53,267 bases of DNA from a virus (Duplodnaviria > Caudoviricetes): positions 1 through 53,267 of the IMG/VR virus record IMGVR_UViG_3300021517_000162. The stretch is one strand, 5' to 3'. Shown here one piece after another: positions 44,914 to 53,267 of this stretch; positions within the stretch are counted from its first letter, which is position 1; every line of letters starts with the position of its first letter. A program made the translations under genes and the position numbers. Below the pieces are notes generated by a model that saw only the letters and a list, made by a program, of their open reading frames with translations, searched no databases and was not told the origin of the DNA.

Positions 44914-45247
44914 AGTAAGTTTCATTGGCTTTTTCTATCATGTTTTCCGATTCGATCATGTTGTTCAAGGCTGAAAAAACACGTTGCAATTCAAGTGGAT
45001 ACAACTGATTTACATACTCTGAAGAAAGTCTCCCATATCGAGATAACTGAAGAAATTGCTTTGTTTTCGTGGCTAATCTCTCCTCCCTTGTATACGAAGC
45101 ATAAACCTTTGCATGCCAAACATTGTCTAAGTATGAACCGGCATAAGGCACAATTTCATCAAATACCTCCTTTACTTGGTACGGGGCGGGGTTGTAGAAT
45201 TTTCGACATGCTGCCCACTTTTGAAGTCGAAACAATTGACTAAAAAA
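44912..45247 (-). CDS. tail assembly chaperone, frameshift extension (gpT-like)
   Basis: No RBS of its own; in the -1 frame relative to the upstream chaperone, reached at T TTT TTA (45241-45247). Confidence 0.8.
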   Translation of the reverse strand, partial: FFSQLFRLQKWAACRKFYNPAPYQVKEVFDEIVPYAGSYLDNVWHAKVYASYTREERLATKTKQFLQLSRYGRLSSEYVNQLYPLELQRVFSALNNMIESENMIEKANETY

Positions 45248-45843
45248 TCAGTATATTCCAAGTCTGTCATACTGTGTTCTTTGTGATAGTAGGTACGCAA
45301 AACATTCATACATTTTGCACCTATTTCATCGGCAAACCTCAGTATACCATGTTGCAAATGTGGTTTATCTACCCCGTGCCATACAGCTTTTTTTCCATCA
45401 ATACTTCGTATACACGACAATGCAAGGTAGTTCAAAAGTGTCTGCGCCTTAGCATCCGGAGGTGCACGATTAAGAGCCGCTGATTCCTCAGCAAAACTCA
45501 ATGGCCAAAGAATAATGTTCCTATCTCCTATACCAGGTTTTCGGGTCCACTCTTTACGAAACAACATAAAACATATGCCCGTTGTATTCGGGAAAACAAG
45601 GTCTGGAGGTATGGTTGCCCATGACGGGGGCGCATTCGGGTCTCTCGCCTCTGTGGAGGTTTCTGACAATTTCTCCTCCTCCAATCTTTCAAATGCATCT
45701 TTTTCATCCATGGGTTCTTTGGGTTCACCCGAAAAAAGGATATCATTCTGTATCCTATCTACCGCATCCTCAAAGTCACTTTCTGTTGCTTTTTTCATCT
45801 CCACTGTATCTGCAAAGTTCTTTCTTGGTATCTTAGGGTTCAT
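45172..45843 (-). CDS. tail assembly chaperone (gpG-like)
   Basis: Between tail tube and tape measure genes; slippery heptamer near the 3' end; GGAGG RBS. Confidence 0.8.
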   Translation of the reverse strand: MNPKIPRKNFADTVEMKKATESDFEDAVDRIQNDILFSGEPKEPMDEKDAFERLEEEKLSETSTEARDPNAPPSWATIPPDLVFPNTTGICFMLFRKEWTRKPGIGDRNIILWPLSFAEESAALNRAPPDAKAQTLLNYLALSCIRSIDGKKAVWHGVDKPHLQHGILRFADEIGAKCMNVLRTYYHKEHSMTDLEYTDFLVNCFDFKSGQHVENSTTPPRTK

Positions 45844-45933
45844 GTCGCGCCTCCAAATAAAACGACCGCTTCTCCAGAGTAGAGGCGCATCTTTCCCATG
45901 TTAAACATGAGTCAACCTCTGAAAAAGCGGCCC

Positions 45934-45963
45934 AAAAGCACGGAAAGATTTCTCCCTCCGTGT
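45934..45963 (-). terminator. terminator-like hairpin after the tail tube gene
   Basis: CACGGAGGGA-GAAA-TCTTTCCGTG followed by CTTTT. Confidence 0.6.
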
Positions 45964-45989
45964 TGCGCCTCCACATCTTTTTATACTAT

Positions 45990-46433
45990 TTATGCAGCTA
46001 AATTAGTGAGAACTTCTTCGCATGCACCTTGTACTTTGAATTTCACATAATCTGTTCGCGCCGGTACGTTCATTGGAATACTACCAAAAACACAATCCGG
46101 ATATACCATTTGATAGATTTCTCCAGTTTCAACAAATATCAAAGTTGAACTGATTACAAACTGGATAAGTGGGTTTATTCGCTTCTGCCTATCATTAATA
46201 GCCTTTGCAAGTAAGAATATTTGCCCACTATGAACTTGAAGTTCAAAGTCAAACTTCGCATTCTTGAAAACATCATCTACCCTTGTAAATGCTTCACCTA
46301 AGAAATCTTGTTCCTTAATTTCACTTACAAGTTCTGTATTGAAATTCATAATATCAGTAAGCTCAAGTTGGGGAACACCTCCACTGAGTAATGTTACAAC
46401 TACGTCTTGCCCGCGGGCCCTTTTTACAGCCAT
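45990..46433 (-). CDS. tail tube protein
   Basis: 147 aa beta-rich protein immediately after the sheath gene. Confidence 0.8.
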   Translation of the reverse strand: MAVKRARGQDVVVTLLSGGVPQLELTDIMNFNTELVSEIKEQDFLGEAFTRVDDVFKNAKFDFELQVHSGQIFLLAKAINDRQKRINPLIQFVISSTLIFVETGEIYQMVYPDCVFGSIPMNVPARTDYVKFKVQGACEEVLTNLAA

Positions 46434-46446
46434 TTCATACCTCCTA

Positions 46447-48678
46447 TTACGCCGCCAAATTTCCCAATGTTTCTGTCACTTCTACTGTTTCACCCGCCGT
46501 TACAGCAAGTACAATAGCGTCCATAGATGCCAATGTTCTCACAAATACATCCACTCTGAATATCCCTTTTGCAAGTGATTGCGGCGTATTGTTTGACCTC
46601 GAATCAATTGTAAACCCCGCAATACGTTGAACAGCACTGTTTCCGGTTCCAAGTAAACCTTGTAAAAATGATCTAATCTCACTTACAAAGGCTAAACGAA
46701 TTGCAAGGCGCTGAAGTTTCTTACCATAAAACTTTGCCCTACGCGCCAACGTATCTTGTACAAAATATGCCATTCTACGACGATTAATATTTACAAGGTT
46801 AGGATTTACTGTGGGGTCAACGCTTACAACTCCACTTTGGAAAATCAACACCCCTTCGTCCATTCGAGGTGCACATATACCCGCTTTCTTAAATGTTATA
46901 TAATCAGGCATTGTAAAACCTTGGACATTACTTCCTGACTCAAGCGATACCACTGCCTCAGTAAAGGTTGTAAGTTGGCCAGGGTTCTCCTCTGGAGGTA
47001 ATTGAGACATTATCGAGCACAAAAACCCGTCTGCCCCAATATCCACAAGACCATCTGCCGTAAATCCAGCACCTCCTGCCAAACCTATGGCTGCAATTGC
47101 TGGTACTCGGGTTCTTACCTGTGGATATGTAAATATCACATTTTGACTTCGATAAGCTCCTACTCCGGGTTCTGCTGATATACTTGTAGCCGCCGATCGT
47201 GTCGTATTCATAGGCGTTCGAATTACACAAACCCTACCGAACAAACCTTGGGTAGATGCATCGATCGCATTGGATCGAACTTTTCTCCTGACCGCATTTG
47301 ATTGTCTTGCAGACCATGAAATATTAACCTCACGAGCCACTGTATTCGGATCAAGCGTATTATCATAGGTTGTTTGATAAGCCGTATCAATTTGTGCCTC
47401 AGTCATAGCAGCGTTGATAGGTAAAAGGTTCGTGACCGAAAACGCACCCAAAACTGGAGGATCAGGTACAACTGTGATCGTACCTACCCCCGCACTCAAA
47501 CCCGTACCATCGTCCATTGCATGACGAACTTTAACCTTGTAAGGACCTGCACTCGCCGCCGTAATCTGGAGATCTTGCATCGTTACAAGGGTCACAGTGC
47601 CCCCTGAATTTCTCACTCTTGTACCCGCTGGGAGAACTCCAGATACCCCTGTTACAGCAGTTGCCAATGTACCATTAACAAACCCCAAGCCCACGGCAGT
47701 CGATGATGCACCCACCAAAATTGTGCCCGTACCAGGGGTTGCCGTATTTGTAATACGGAGGTTTCCATTTATATCCTGCTCCACCTCCACATTGGATGCC
47801 CCGTGAGTAAGTTCAACAATCGTTCGTATTTCTGCCAATGTCACTGCATCAATATCCGCTACGTTGCCCGTACCCGCCGTATTGGCCGCTGTAAGACCCA
47901 AGGTTGTAAGAACACCCGATGAACCGGAGACTATGCGAACCTGACCCGTTGAACCCCTACGTCTACCTGTGAATCTCAATTGACCAGCATTGTTGTCTGC
48001 AAATGCAAACCCCGCCGTTGCATTTATACGCGAAATCACTTGAGCCAAACTTTGATCTGCAGCAAAGAAAGTCACTGTAAAATCAGGCTCACTATCATAT
48101 CCTACTGTGAGTGTCTGACCTCCAGTAAAGAGGGTTGGAAACGTACCACCAACACCTGTTACTGTAGCAGCTGTAGCATTGAAAGTGGATGTTCCTGGTG
48201 CCCCACCATCTAAAGTTAATACCAAGGTTTGAGCAGGTTCCAAGTTGTATCGGAACGCCGCCGCGCCTGTAATATAAGCCAATCGTGTAAATTGCACTTC
48301 TCCTACGGAGGTATCCACTCGCACAATGATAAGTCTTGCGAACTTCTTACCATTGAGCTGAACAAAACCATTTCCATTCCAAAATTCAGGAACTATTGCA
48401 CTATCAGCCAACCTCGATCGAGCGCATGGGTCATTACCCAATGTACCTCCACGCGCAAAACCAAACCCCCCAAAAACTTGGGCAAGGTCTACCGGACTTG
48501 CAATTTCCATAGGTTTATTGAACGGGCCCGCTTCAAACTCACCTACAAGCATCACAGTACCCGAACCTATGCCCCGAATCTCCGCAGGAGGTTCAAGGTC
48601 TAAAATATTCACAGCCTCAATCTCAAGAAGAACTTCCTGAGGTTGTTCTGTTGTAAAACGTCTTATAAATACCGACAT
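46447..48678 (-). CDS. contractile tail sheath protein
   Basis: N-terminal MLVGEFEAGPFNKPMEIAS..FGGFG and C-terminal NINRRRMAYFV..FRVDVFVRTLASMDAIVL sheath motifs. Confidence 0.9.
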   Translation of the reverse strand: MSVFIRRFTTEQPQEVLLEIEAVNILDLEPPAEIRGIGSGTVMLVGEFEAGPFNKPMEIASPVDLAQVFGGFGFARGGTLGNDPCARSRLADSAIVPEFWNGNGFVQLNGKKFARLIIVRVDTSVGEVQFTRLAYITGAAAFRYNLEPAQTLVLTLDGGAPGTSTFNATAATVTGVGGTFPTLFTGGQTLTVGYDSEPDFTVTFFAADQSLAQVISRINATAGFAFADNNAGQLRFTGRRRGSTGQVRIVSGSSGVLTTLGLTAANTAGTGNVADIDAVTLAEIRTIVELTHGASNVEVEQDINGNLRITNTATPGTGTILVGASSTAVGLGFVNGTLATAVTGVSGVLPAGTRVRNSGGTVTLVTMQDLQITAASAGPYKVKVRHAMDDGTGLSAGVGTITVVPDPPVLGAFSVTNLLPINAAMTEAQIDTAYQTTYDNTLDPNTVAREVNISWSARQSNAVRRKVRSNAIDASTQGLFGRVCVIRTPMNTTRSAATSISAEPGVGAYRSQNVIFTYPQVRTRVPAIAAIGLAGGAGFTADGLVDIGADGFLCSIMSQLPPEENPGQLTTFTEAVVSLESGSNVQGFTMPDYITFKKAGICAPRMDEGVLIFQSGVVSVDPTVNPNLVNINRRRMAYFVQDTLARRAKFYGKKLQRLAIRLAFVSEIRSFLQGLLGTGNSAVQRIAGFTIDSRSNNTPQSLAKGIFRVDVFVRTLASMDAIVLAVTAGETVEVTETLGNLAA

Positions 48679-48725
48679 ACAAACCTACCTTTCCAAACCT
48701 TGTATTCAAACATATTGACCATATT

Positions 48726-49427
48726 TCACTGTACAGTTACTTGAACCTCTGTCTCCACTTGTGCCAAAACCTGAACCTCCGTACGAATGTCTATCTCAAC
48801 CGCATTGACCAATCGTACCACTGGCACAACAAGGTTAAAGGCAAAGTGCGATTTGCGCCTATTACGAGCTGAATCAGCATCATCCACAAGCGTTTGACTC
48901 ATAGGGAGGTAATCTGCTTTTACCCCGTAATATTCAGCTAATTTCATCGTCAAACCAAACCTCCCCTCGCTTGGTGAAAACAAATACTCAAGTCCACTTA
49001 TAATGGCTTCACGTTCGCTTCTCGTTGCTGACCATACCTCCAAAATCACGTTTTCGGAGTAATCTGTGCCTTGTGCCTCCACAACTGTGCCCGGTCCAAA
49101 CACACCATACGTGTCCTCACAAAAAAACGGCGTAAGCGCCGCTTGTTTATATTCTCCAGTTCCTGGTATACAAGCTATACAAGGTAGCTCTAATTCAACC
49201 TCATTATCGGGCCATTCAGAATACATCGACCTACGGTTTATTTGAAAAGCTATGGGGGCATTGTTTGAATCTTTTCTATAAAAAGTAGCCTCCGCAATAA
49301 AATCATACAATTGTTTTATCGCTGCTTGTCTGCCCCATGGGTAAACCTTTATAACAGGTGCAGCACTTGCAATACTTGGAAATATCAAACTACGTATTCT
49401 TTCAGAAACCCTTGAAAATATAGACAT
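48726..49427 (-). CDS. tail terminator / completion protein
   Basis: Directly upstream of the sheath gene; LPCIAC..LEVWSATRSEREAI pattern. Confidence 0.6.
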   Translation of the reverse strand: MSIFSRVSERIRSLIFPSIASAAPVIKVYPWGRQAAIKQLYDFIAEATFYRKDSNNAPIAFQINRRSMYSEWPDNEVELELPCIACIPGTGEYKQAALTPFFCEDTYGVFGPGTVVEAQGTDYSENVILEVWSATRSEREAIISGLEYLFSPSEGRFGLTMKLAEYYGVKADYLPMSQTLVDDADSARNRRKSHFAFNLVVPVVRLVNAVEIDIRTEVQVLAQVETEVQVTVQ

Positions 49428-49431
49428 TTTA

Positions 49432-50142
49432 TCACCTCCCCATATCCATACTTATTGCCCTCGCTACTTCCCTTTCAACAATCTTTACAAGTATCTTCTC
49501 CGCTTTTTCAGCTATACGAAGACCATTGGGGGCAAATATGCCCCGCTTGGTCATTACAGTTGCTATAGCCCATGCAGCATTCAACGCTTGCCTATCCGAC
49601 ATAGGAGGTATGGTAGGTTTACCCTTGTCATTTTTTACGCTCGCTGATCCAAATCTAAGTTTCTTGATAAATGACGAAAGCCTTTTTACAAGTTTCTCAA
49701 GATCCTTTTGAAATTTTACACCCTTGGATTTCTCCGATTTAGGACCTTTTTTTATCTCCGAACTACCATCTCGCGTATCTGAAACCTTTGATTTTGAAGT
49801 TGATTTCTGATGTCTCTTTGACCACTCAGCAAGCGCTGAAATCATCTTTCTACCAATTTTCACATTACTCGCCCTAACCCCGTACTCAATGAAAAGTGCA
49901 TGTGGAGCATTGTTTACAATTTCCACCGGTTTATCTACCCCATTGTCTTGCACACGCCATGCTGCCCTATACAGCCCCTTATCAACTGGAGGATGTGGTT
50001 TTGCCTGTGGAATAAGCTTTGTTATGATTGTTTGTATACCAAACAATGCAGCAGATTTCATGCCCCTATGAGCACTCAATGCCATTTTCTCCTGGAGATA
50101 TTTTTCCAGTTGAGTCATTTGTGTTTCTTCAAACGTTGGCAT
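49432..50142 (-). CDS. neck protein, HK97 gp10-like
   Basis: PVDKGLYRAAW..NNAPHALFIEYG..AWAIATVMTKRGI. Confidence 0.75.
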   Translation of the reverse strand: MPTFEETQMTQLEKYLQEKMALSAHRGMKSAALFGIQTIITKLIPQAKPHPPVDKGLYRAAWRVQDNGVDKPVEIVNNAPHALFIEYGVRASNVKIGRKMISALAEWSKRHQKSTSKSKVSDTRDGSSEIKKGPKSEKSKGVKFQKDLEKLVKRLSSFIKKLRFGSASVKNDKGKPTIPPMSDRQALNAAWAIATVMTKRGIFAPNGLRIAEKAEKILVKIVEREVARAISMDMGR

Positions 50143-50174
50143 AGAAACCTCCACTTACCCATCAACCCACTTGA

Positions 50175-50723
50175 TCAATCATCATCCTGACCAAGTTTAC
50201 TCTCTCCACTTCTGTCTCGATCTTCACTTATTCTCTCTAATAGGAGAACCCATTGTGTCTTTCCAGCTTGTAAAAATGGCGTCGCGGAAAGCCTGTATTT
50301 CATGCGAATGGGCATACTGTCATTTCTCCCATCCTCCACTACCTCATAAAAAAACGAATAAGGTTCATCAATTCTGTCCTCATTCGTCGCCCGACCACGC
50401 AACATATCAGCCGTAAATTCTCGCGCAGAAACACGTGTGACACGAATCGACCCCACGGGTACAATCCCAACCGCGTAAGGCGTATACGAAACGGCATCCA
50501 AGTTCTCCACACGTGGAGTAGGAAGTATCTCCTTACGAAGTACTTCACGCTCATCTCCAGCCCCCCTTTCATCAGCCGTGAACTTTGTCCAAACTAGGAA
50601 AACTCGATACGGTCTTAACCCTAGTTTTGTAGCTATTTGACGAAGTGGACCTACTTTACCAGATAATTTGAAAGCCAATGTTCGCTTGGCTTGTTCAATT
50701 GTGAGAGGGGCAATCTTGGGCAT
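50175..50723 (-). CDS. head closure / head-tail joining protein
   Basis: Position in the neck module and beta-rich sequence; start placed at MPKIAP just after the upstream stop. Confidence 0.55.
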   Translation of the reverse strand: MPKIAPLTIEQAKRTLAFKLSGKVGPLRQIATKLGLRPYRVFLVWTKFTADERGAGDEREVLRKEILPTPRVENLDAVSYTPYAVGIVPVGSIRVTRVSAREFTADMLRGRATNEDRIDEPYSFFYEVVEDGRNDSMPIRMKYRLSATPFLQAGKTQWVLLLERISEDRDRSGESKLGQDDD

Positions 50724-50724
50724 T

Positions 50725-51207
50725 TTATTTGCCCTCAGAACTCTTTGACTTGGATAAACCTTGTTTGGGCAACTGGAGATTGGATGTTCCACTTGATGGC
50801 ACCCACACTGACGATGGCCACGCAGATTGACATGGGGGCACGGAACCCAATGAGGATGCACCCGGAGCTCCACTCATCGATGCACTTGGTACCGCATTAC
50901 CCATACCTCCTGTTCGCCTTGAAGATAAAATACCCTTTACATATGGCGCCAATTCTTCGGCCGTTGCACAAACCTCCTGAACCCCTTTATCTTTGATTAA
51001 TTGACGAATGATCACACACGATGCTTGAGCAGCATCTACAATGGCTCCCCTTGGAAAAGACGCGCATCCACTTGCTGAAAAAGCGCTCATCAGAATGAAT
51101 GCAATGGGCACATGATAACCACCATCATGTGCTTTCAACATAACATTTGTTTGTATCCGACCCCGGGGCACATGTTCATTTTTATCGGTTTTTTTGATGT
51201 TTTTCAT
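50725..51207 (-). CDS. predicted lipoprotein / membrane-anchored protein
   Basis: Hydrophobic stretch ending in lipobox-like ASG-C, two further Cys, and a Ser/Pro-rich tail; start uncertain. Confidence 0.5.
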   Translation of the reverse strand: MKNIKKTDKNEHVPRGRIQTNVMLKAHDGGYHVPIAFILMSAFSASGCASFPRGAIVDAAQASCVIIRQLIKDKGVQEVCATAEELAPYVKGILSSRRTGGMGNAVPSASMSGAPGASSLGSVPPCQSAWPSSVWVPSSGTSNLQLPKQGLSKSKSSEGK

Positions 51208-51270
51208 CTCCACCTCCATTTACTATTTATATATTGTTTCTATACAAACAACCATCAAATCACATCCGTT

Positions 51271-51672
51271 TCAATTGTGCACACGAACATTTATCAAATT
51301 GCCCGCCAAAGCGTATCTCATGTCATACGGATTCGGTATCACTCCCAGGAGGTTACCCAATGTGTTTTGCCAATATTTATAATCTTGTTTTCTCGCTTCT
51401 AATGCATCTGGGCGCATCTGAATCTCATCCACTTGATTCACATCTCGATAATCAGAGCTTTCAAATATCTGCTTCTCCACTTCATCAAGTCTATCCAATG
51501 TCTCCCTAACCTTGGGTTCGGCCGCAGGAATCACCTTGTTCATTGCACCCTCAATAATAAACGTTGTCGGAAATGCAGCAGGTATACCAAGCGCAAATGA
51601 CTCAACCTTACTCACATTCATATATCCCATGTGATGCCTTATTCGCATCTTCTCTGAATCAGAAAAAGCCAT
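51271..51672 (-). CDS. head-tail adaptor protein
   Basis: MAFSDSEKMRIRHHMGY helical adaptor-type N-terminus; two genes after the capsid gene. Confidence 0.65.
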   Translation of the reverse strand: MAFSDSEKMRIRHHMGYMNVSKVESFALGIPAAFPTTFIIEGAMNKVIPAAEPKVRETLDRLDEVEKQIFESSDYRDVNQVDEIQMRPDALEARKQDYKYWQNTLGNLLGVIPNPYDMRYALAGNLINVRVHN

Positions 51673-51720
51673 GGTCTACAACCTCCGTATCCACTTTCCA
51701 ACAAACCTCTCAAACAACCT

Positions 51721-51757
51721 AAATAAAAGCCCCTCATCGCATCTGCGACAGGGGCTT
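51721..51757 (-). terminator. intrinsic terminator
   Basis: AAGCCCCT-GTCGCA-GA-TGCGAT-G-AGGGGCTT followed by TTATTT. Confidence 0.75.
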
Positions 51758-51771
51758 ATCTCCTAGGAGAC

Positions 51772-52044
51772 TCAACCCATAAGTCGAACCTCGATCCCTT
51801 GCGATACCAACCCTTCAATGTCGTAGTATCGATCATCAAGCTCTTTACCTTCTGGCATGACCAAAACACCCAAAGGACTCGAATACTTACCCCCCTTAAC
51901 CACAAGATAGGTTTTCGATCTGGATGCCTCCGCTTCCTCCCTCTCCTCTTGCGATACCTCCGGGATTTCAACTGCAAATGGGTCATTCAAAACCGGAGAT
52001 TCAGATTCTATTACTATTGGTGATTTTGTTGGATTTCTAGGCAT
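51772..52044 (-). CDS. small protein after the capsid gene (possible capsid-associated protein)
   Basis: GGAGG RBS; its C-terminal half resembles the N-terminus of the 5978-7690 fibre. Confidence 0.65.
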   Translation of the reverse strand: MPRNPTKSPIVIESESPVLNDPFAVEIPEVSQEEREEAEASRSKTYLVVKGGKYSSPLGVLVMPEGKELDDRYYDIEGLVSQGIEVRLMG

Positions 52045-52065
52045 TGCGCGCCTCCTATCTTATTG

Positions 52066-52098
52066 AAAAAAAAAAGCCGACCCGCCATTCGAGCCGGC
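52066..52098 (-). terminator. intrinsic terminator after the major capsid gene
   Basis: GCCGGCTCG-AATGG-CGGGTCGGC followed by about 10 T. Confidence 0.85.
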
Positions 52099-52142
52099 CA
52101 TACATTCTATCATCTTAATGTACCCACGATTGGATACGAAAT

Positions 52143-53267
52143 TTAGATGTTCTCCGCATACTCAAGAACCGCCGCTCGTTTGTACAATTGAGGACCTGTG
52201 GGTGCGGTCAAATCGGAGGGTGCAGCAAAGGCGGTGGAGAACGAATATGAAAGACTTACAACCTGTTGCAATCGATCGAGTGGAGCTCTGATGATCAATC
52301 GGATGCCCTCCGTACTGACTTGCATGTTGTTCATCATGATATCGAATTCACCAATCTTACCATTCACACCCGCTTCAGATACAAGATTAGATTCATCGAA
52401 CATTCGTTCATACAAGGCGCTCTTACCTGTGATAACCATACGCCCAATTTGAACACCCGTCTCATTGATCACATCAGCCCCAATATATTCTCCGTATTTG
52501 GCCTTGGTACCAGTAGATACAAGGTTACCAACATTGTATTGATTCGGGGACTCTGTGTTCATGAAGAACATCACTTGGTGCATATGACCAATGAAGCCTT
52601 GCTTGTAAATCGCACCTTCGGGTAAAGATTGATTTAGACGTTGGAAAACAGGGTCAGCAAATAACTGTGAATTTGCAAGGGAGGAGATATGGGCATGGTA
52701 AAATCCATCATCATGAGGAGGTACATTGTGAAAGCGTAATCTACTGACTGCATTGATAATTAATTGCAAGGACAAGGTATCGTTACTTGTAATAGAATCT
52801 ACTCCCGAACCACCGGAAGACCTATAAATATCGACTGCATTTGCAGAAGCTACTGGGGTTCTGGTAGGTATAACTACTCCTACTGTTGCATCTAAATACA
52901 AGGTCCCAGGTCCGAAAGGATCGAGTGGGTTGTCCGGTTGGTAACCTATCACATTTCTTGAGACGGGGGTAGTATGTTGAATTGTTATAGGAAGTGGAGT
53001 GGAGGGGGAGACGGGTTGTGGTCTTGCAGAAGAATTAACTTGGTTGGCAAAGGGCAACAGGACTGTGGTGAAACCATTGAGGGAAGCAACTTTGATAGTT
53101 GTATCGGAGGTAGCCGTGGCTGCAGTGAGAGAAGTTCTTCCTGAGAGATAAGGTTTGAAGAGGGCATTTCGAGCTAGGAAGTTGATAGATCTACCGGCTG
53201 ATTTCCCAAGCTCTTTGATTTTACTATAGAAGATACTGACATTTGCCGTAGCGCTTGTTGGCATATT
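52143..53267 (-). CDS. major capsid protein (5' end outside the window)
   Basis: KELGKSAGRSIN.LAR, AVSRLRFHNVPP..DGFYHAHI, and APLDRLQQVVSLSY motifs of HK97-fold capsid proteins; strong terminator; upstream of the neck genes. Confidence 0.85.
   Translation of the reverse strand, partial: NMPTSATANVSIFYSKIKELGKSAGRSINFLARNALFKPYLSGRTSLTAATATSDTTIKVASLNGFTTVLLPFANQVNSSARPQPVSPSTPLPITIQHTTPVSRNVIGYQPDNPLDPFGPGTLYLDATVGVVIPTRTPVASANAVDIYRSSGGSGVDSITSNDTLSLQLIINAVSRLRFHNVPPHDDGFYHAHISSLANSQLFADPVFQRLNQSLPEGAIYKQGFIGHMHQVMFFMNTESPNQYNVGNLVSTGTKAKYGEYIGADVINETGVQIGRMVITGKSALYERMFDESNLVSEAGVNGKIGEFDIMMNNMQVSTEGIRLIIRAPLDRLQQVVSLSYSFSTAFAAPSDLTAPTGPQLYKRAAVLEYAENI

Noticed and set aside
280-53167. 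Numerous plus-strand and nested ORFs in the six-frame track (for example 1247-1771, 16287-16706, 23140-23646, 42991-43467)
   Set aside because: They are antisense or out-of-frame shadows of well-supported minus-strand genes, with no RBS or recognisable motifs. Only 10408-11343 is a credible plus-strand gene.
1-53267. Stop-codon reassignment
   Set aside because: Conserved genes are full length in the standard code, and TAA, TGA and TAG all serve as stops at sensible gene ends.
1-53267. Integrated prophage or contractile injection system
   Set aside because: No integrase, att site or host genes are visible, and the capsid, terminase and replication genes show a true phage. Lifestyle cannot be determined from this window.

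Overview
This window is a large part of a tailed dsDNA bacteriophage genome with a contractile tail (myovirus-type). It is AT-rich, and almost every gene is on the minus strand. In transcription direction (right to left) it carries: a partial major capsid protein; head-tail joining genes; tail sheath and tube; a tail chaperone pair with a -1 frameshift site; a tape measure protein; an acidic orphan; one atypical tRNA-His-like gene; baseplate and fibre genes; two holin-like genes; a 1.1 kb non-coding origin-like region; a replication/recombination block (SF2 helicase, DnaB, primase, PolB, SSB, RecA, apparently split SbcD, SbcC, Holliday junction resolvase); a SpeD-like decarboxylase; an S66 LD-carboxypeptidase (the only plus-strand gene); the terminase; a second fibre; a papain-like peptidase next to a Cys-rich lipoprotein; and a 7-deazaguanine DNA-modification cluster (folE, queC, dpdA-like transglycosylase, parB-like, queD, queE) that runs off the left edge. 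The most unusual signals are: (i) a tRNA with His identity elements (G-1:C73) but only a 6-nt anticodon loop that keeps the UGU motif; (ii) a palindromic operator, ATATCAAGCTTGATAT, shared by several sigma70-like promoters; (iii) four apparently leaderless genes; (iv) a switch-like RNA leader before the tail chaperone; (v) a small module shared between the gene after the capsid protein and the fibre after the terminase; (vi) DNA-type hairpins in the non-coding region. All assignments come from motif reading by eye; no database searches were run and the host is not determined.
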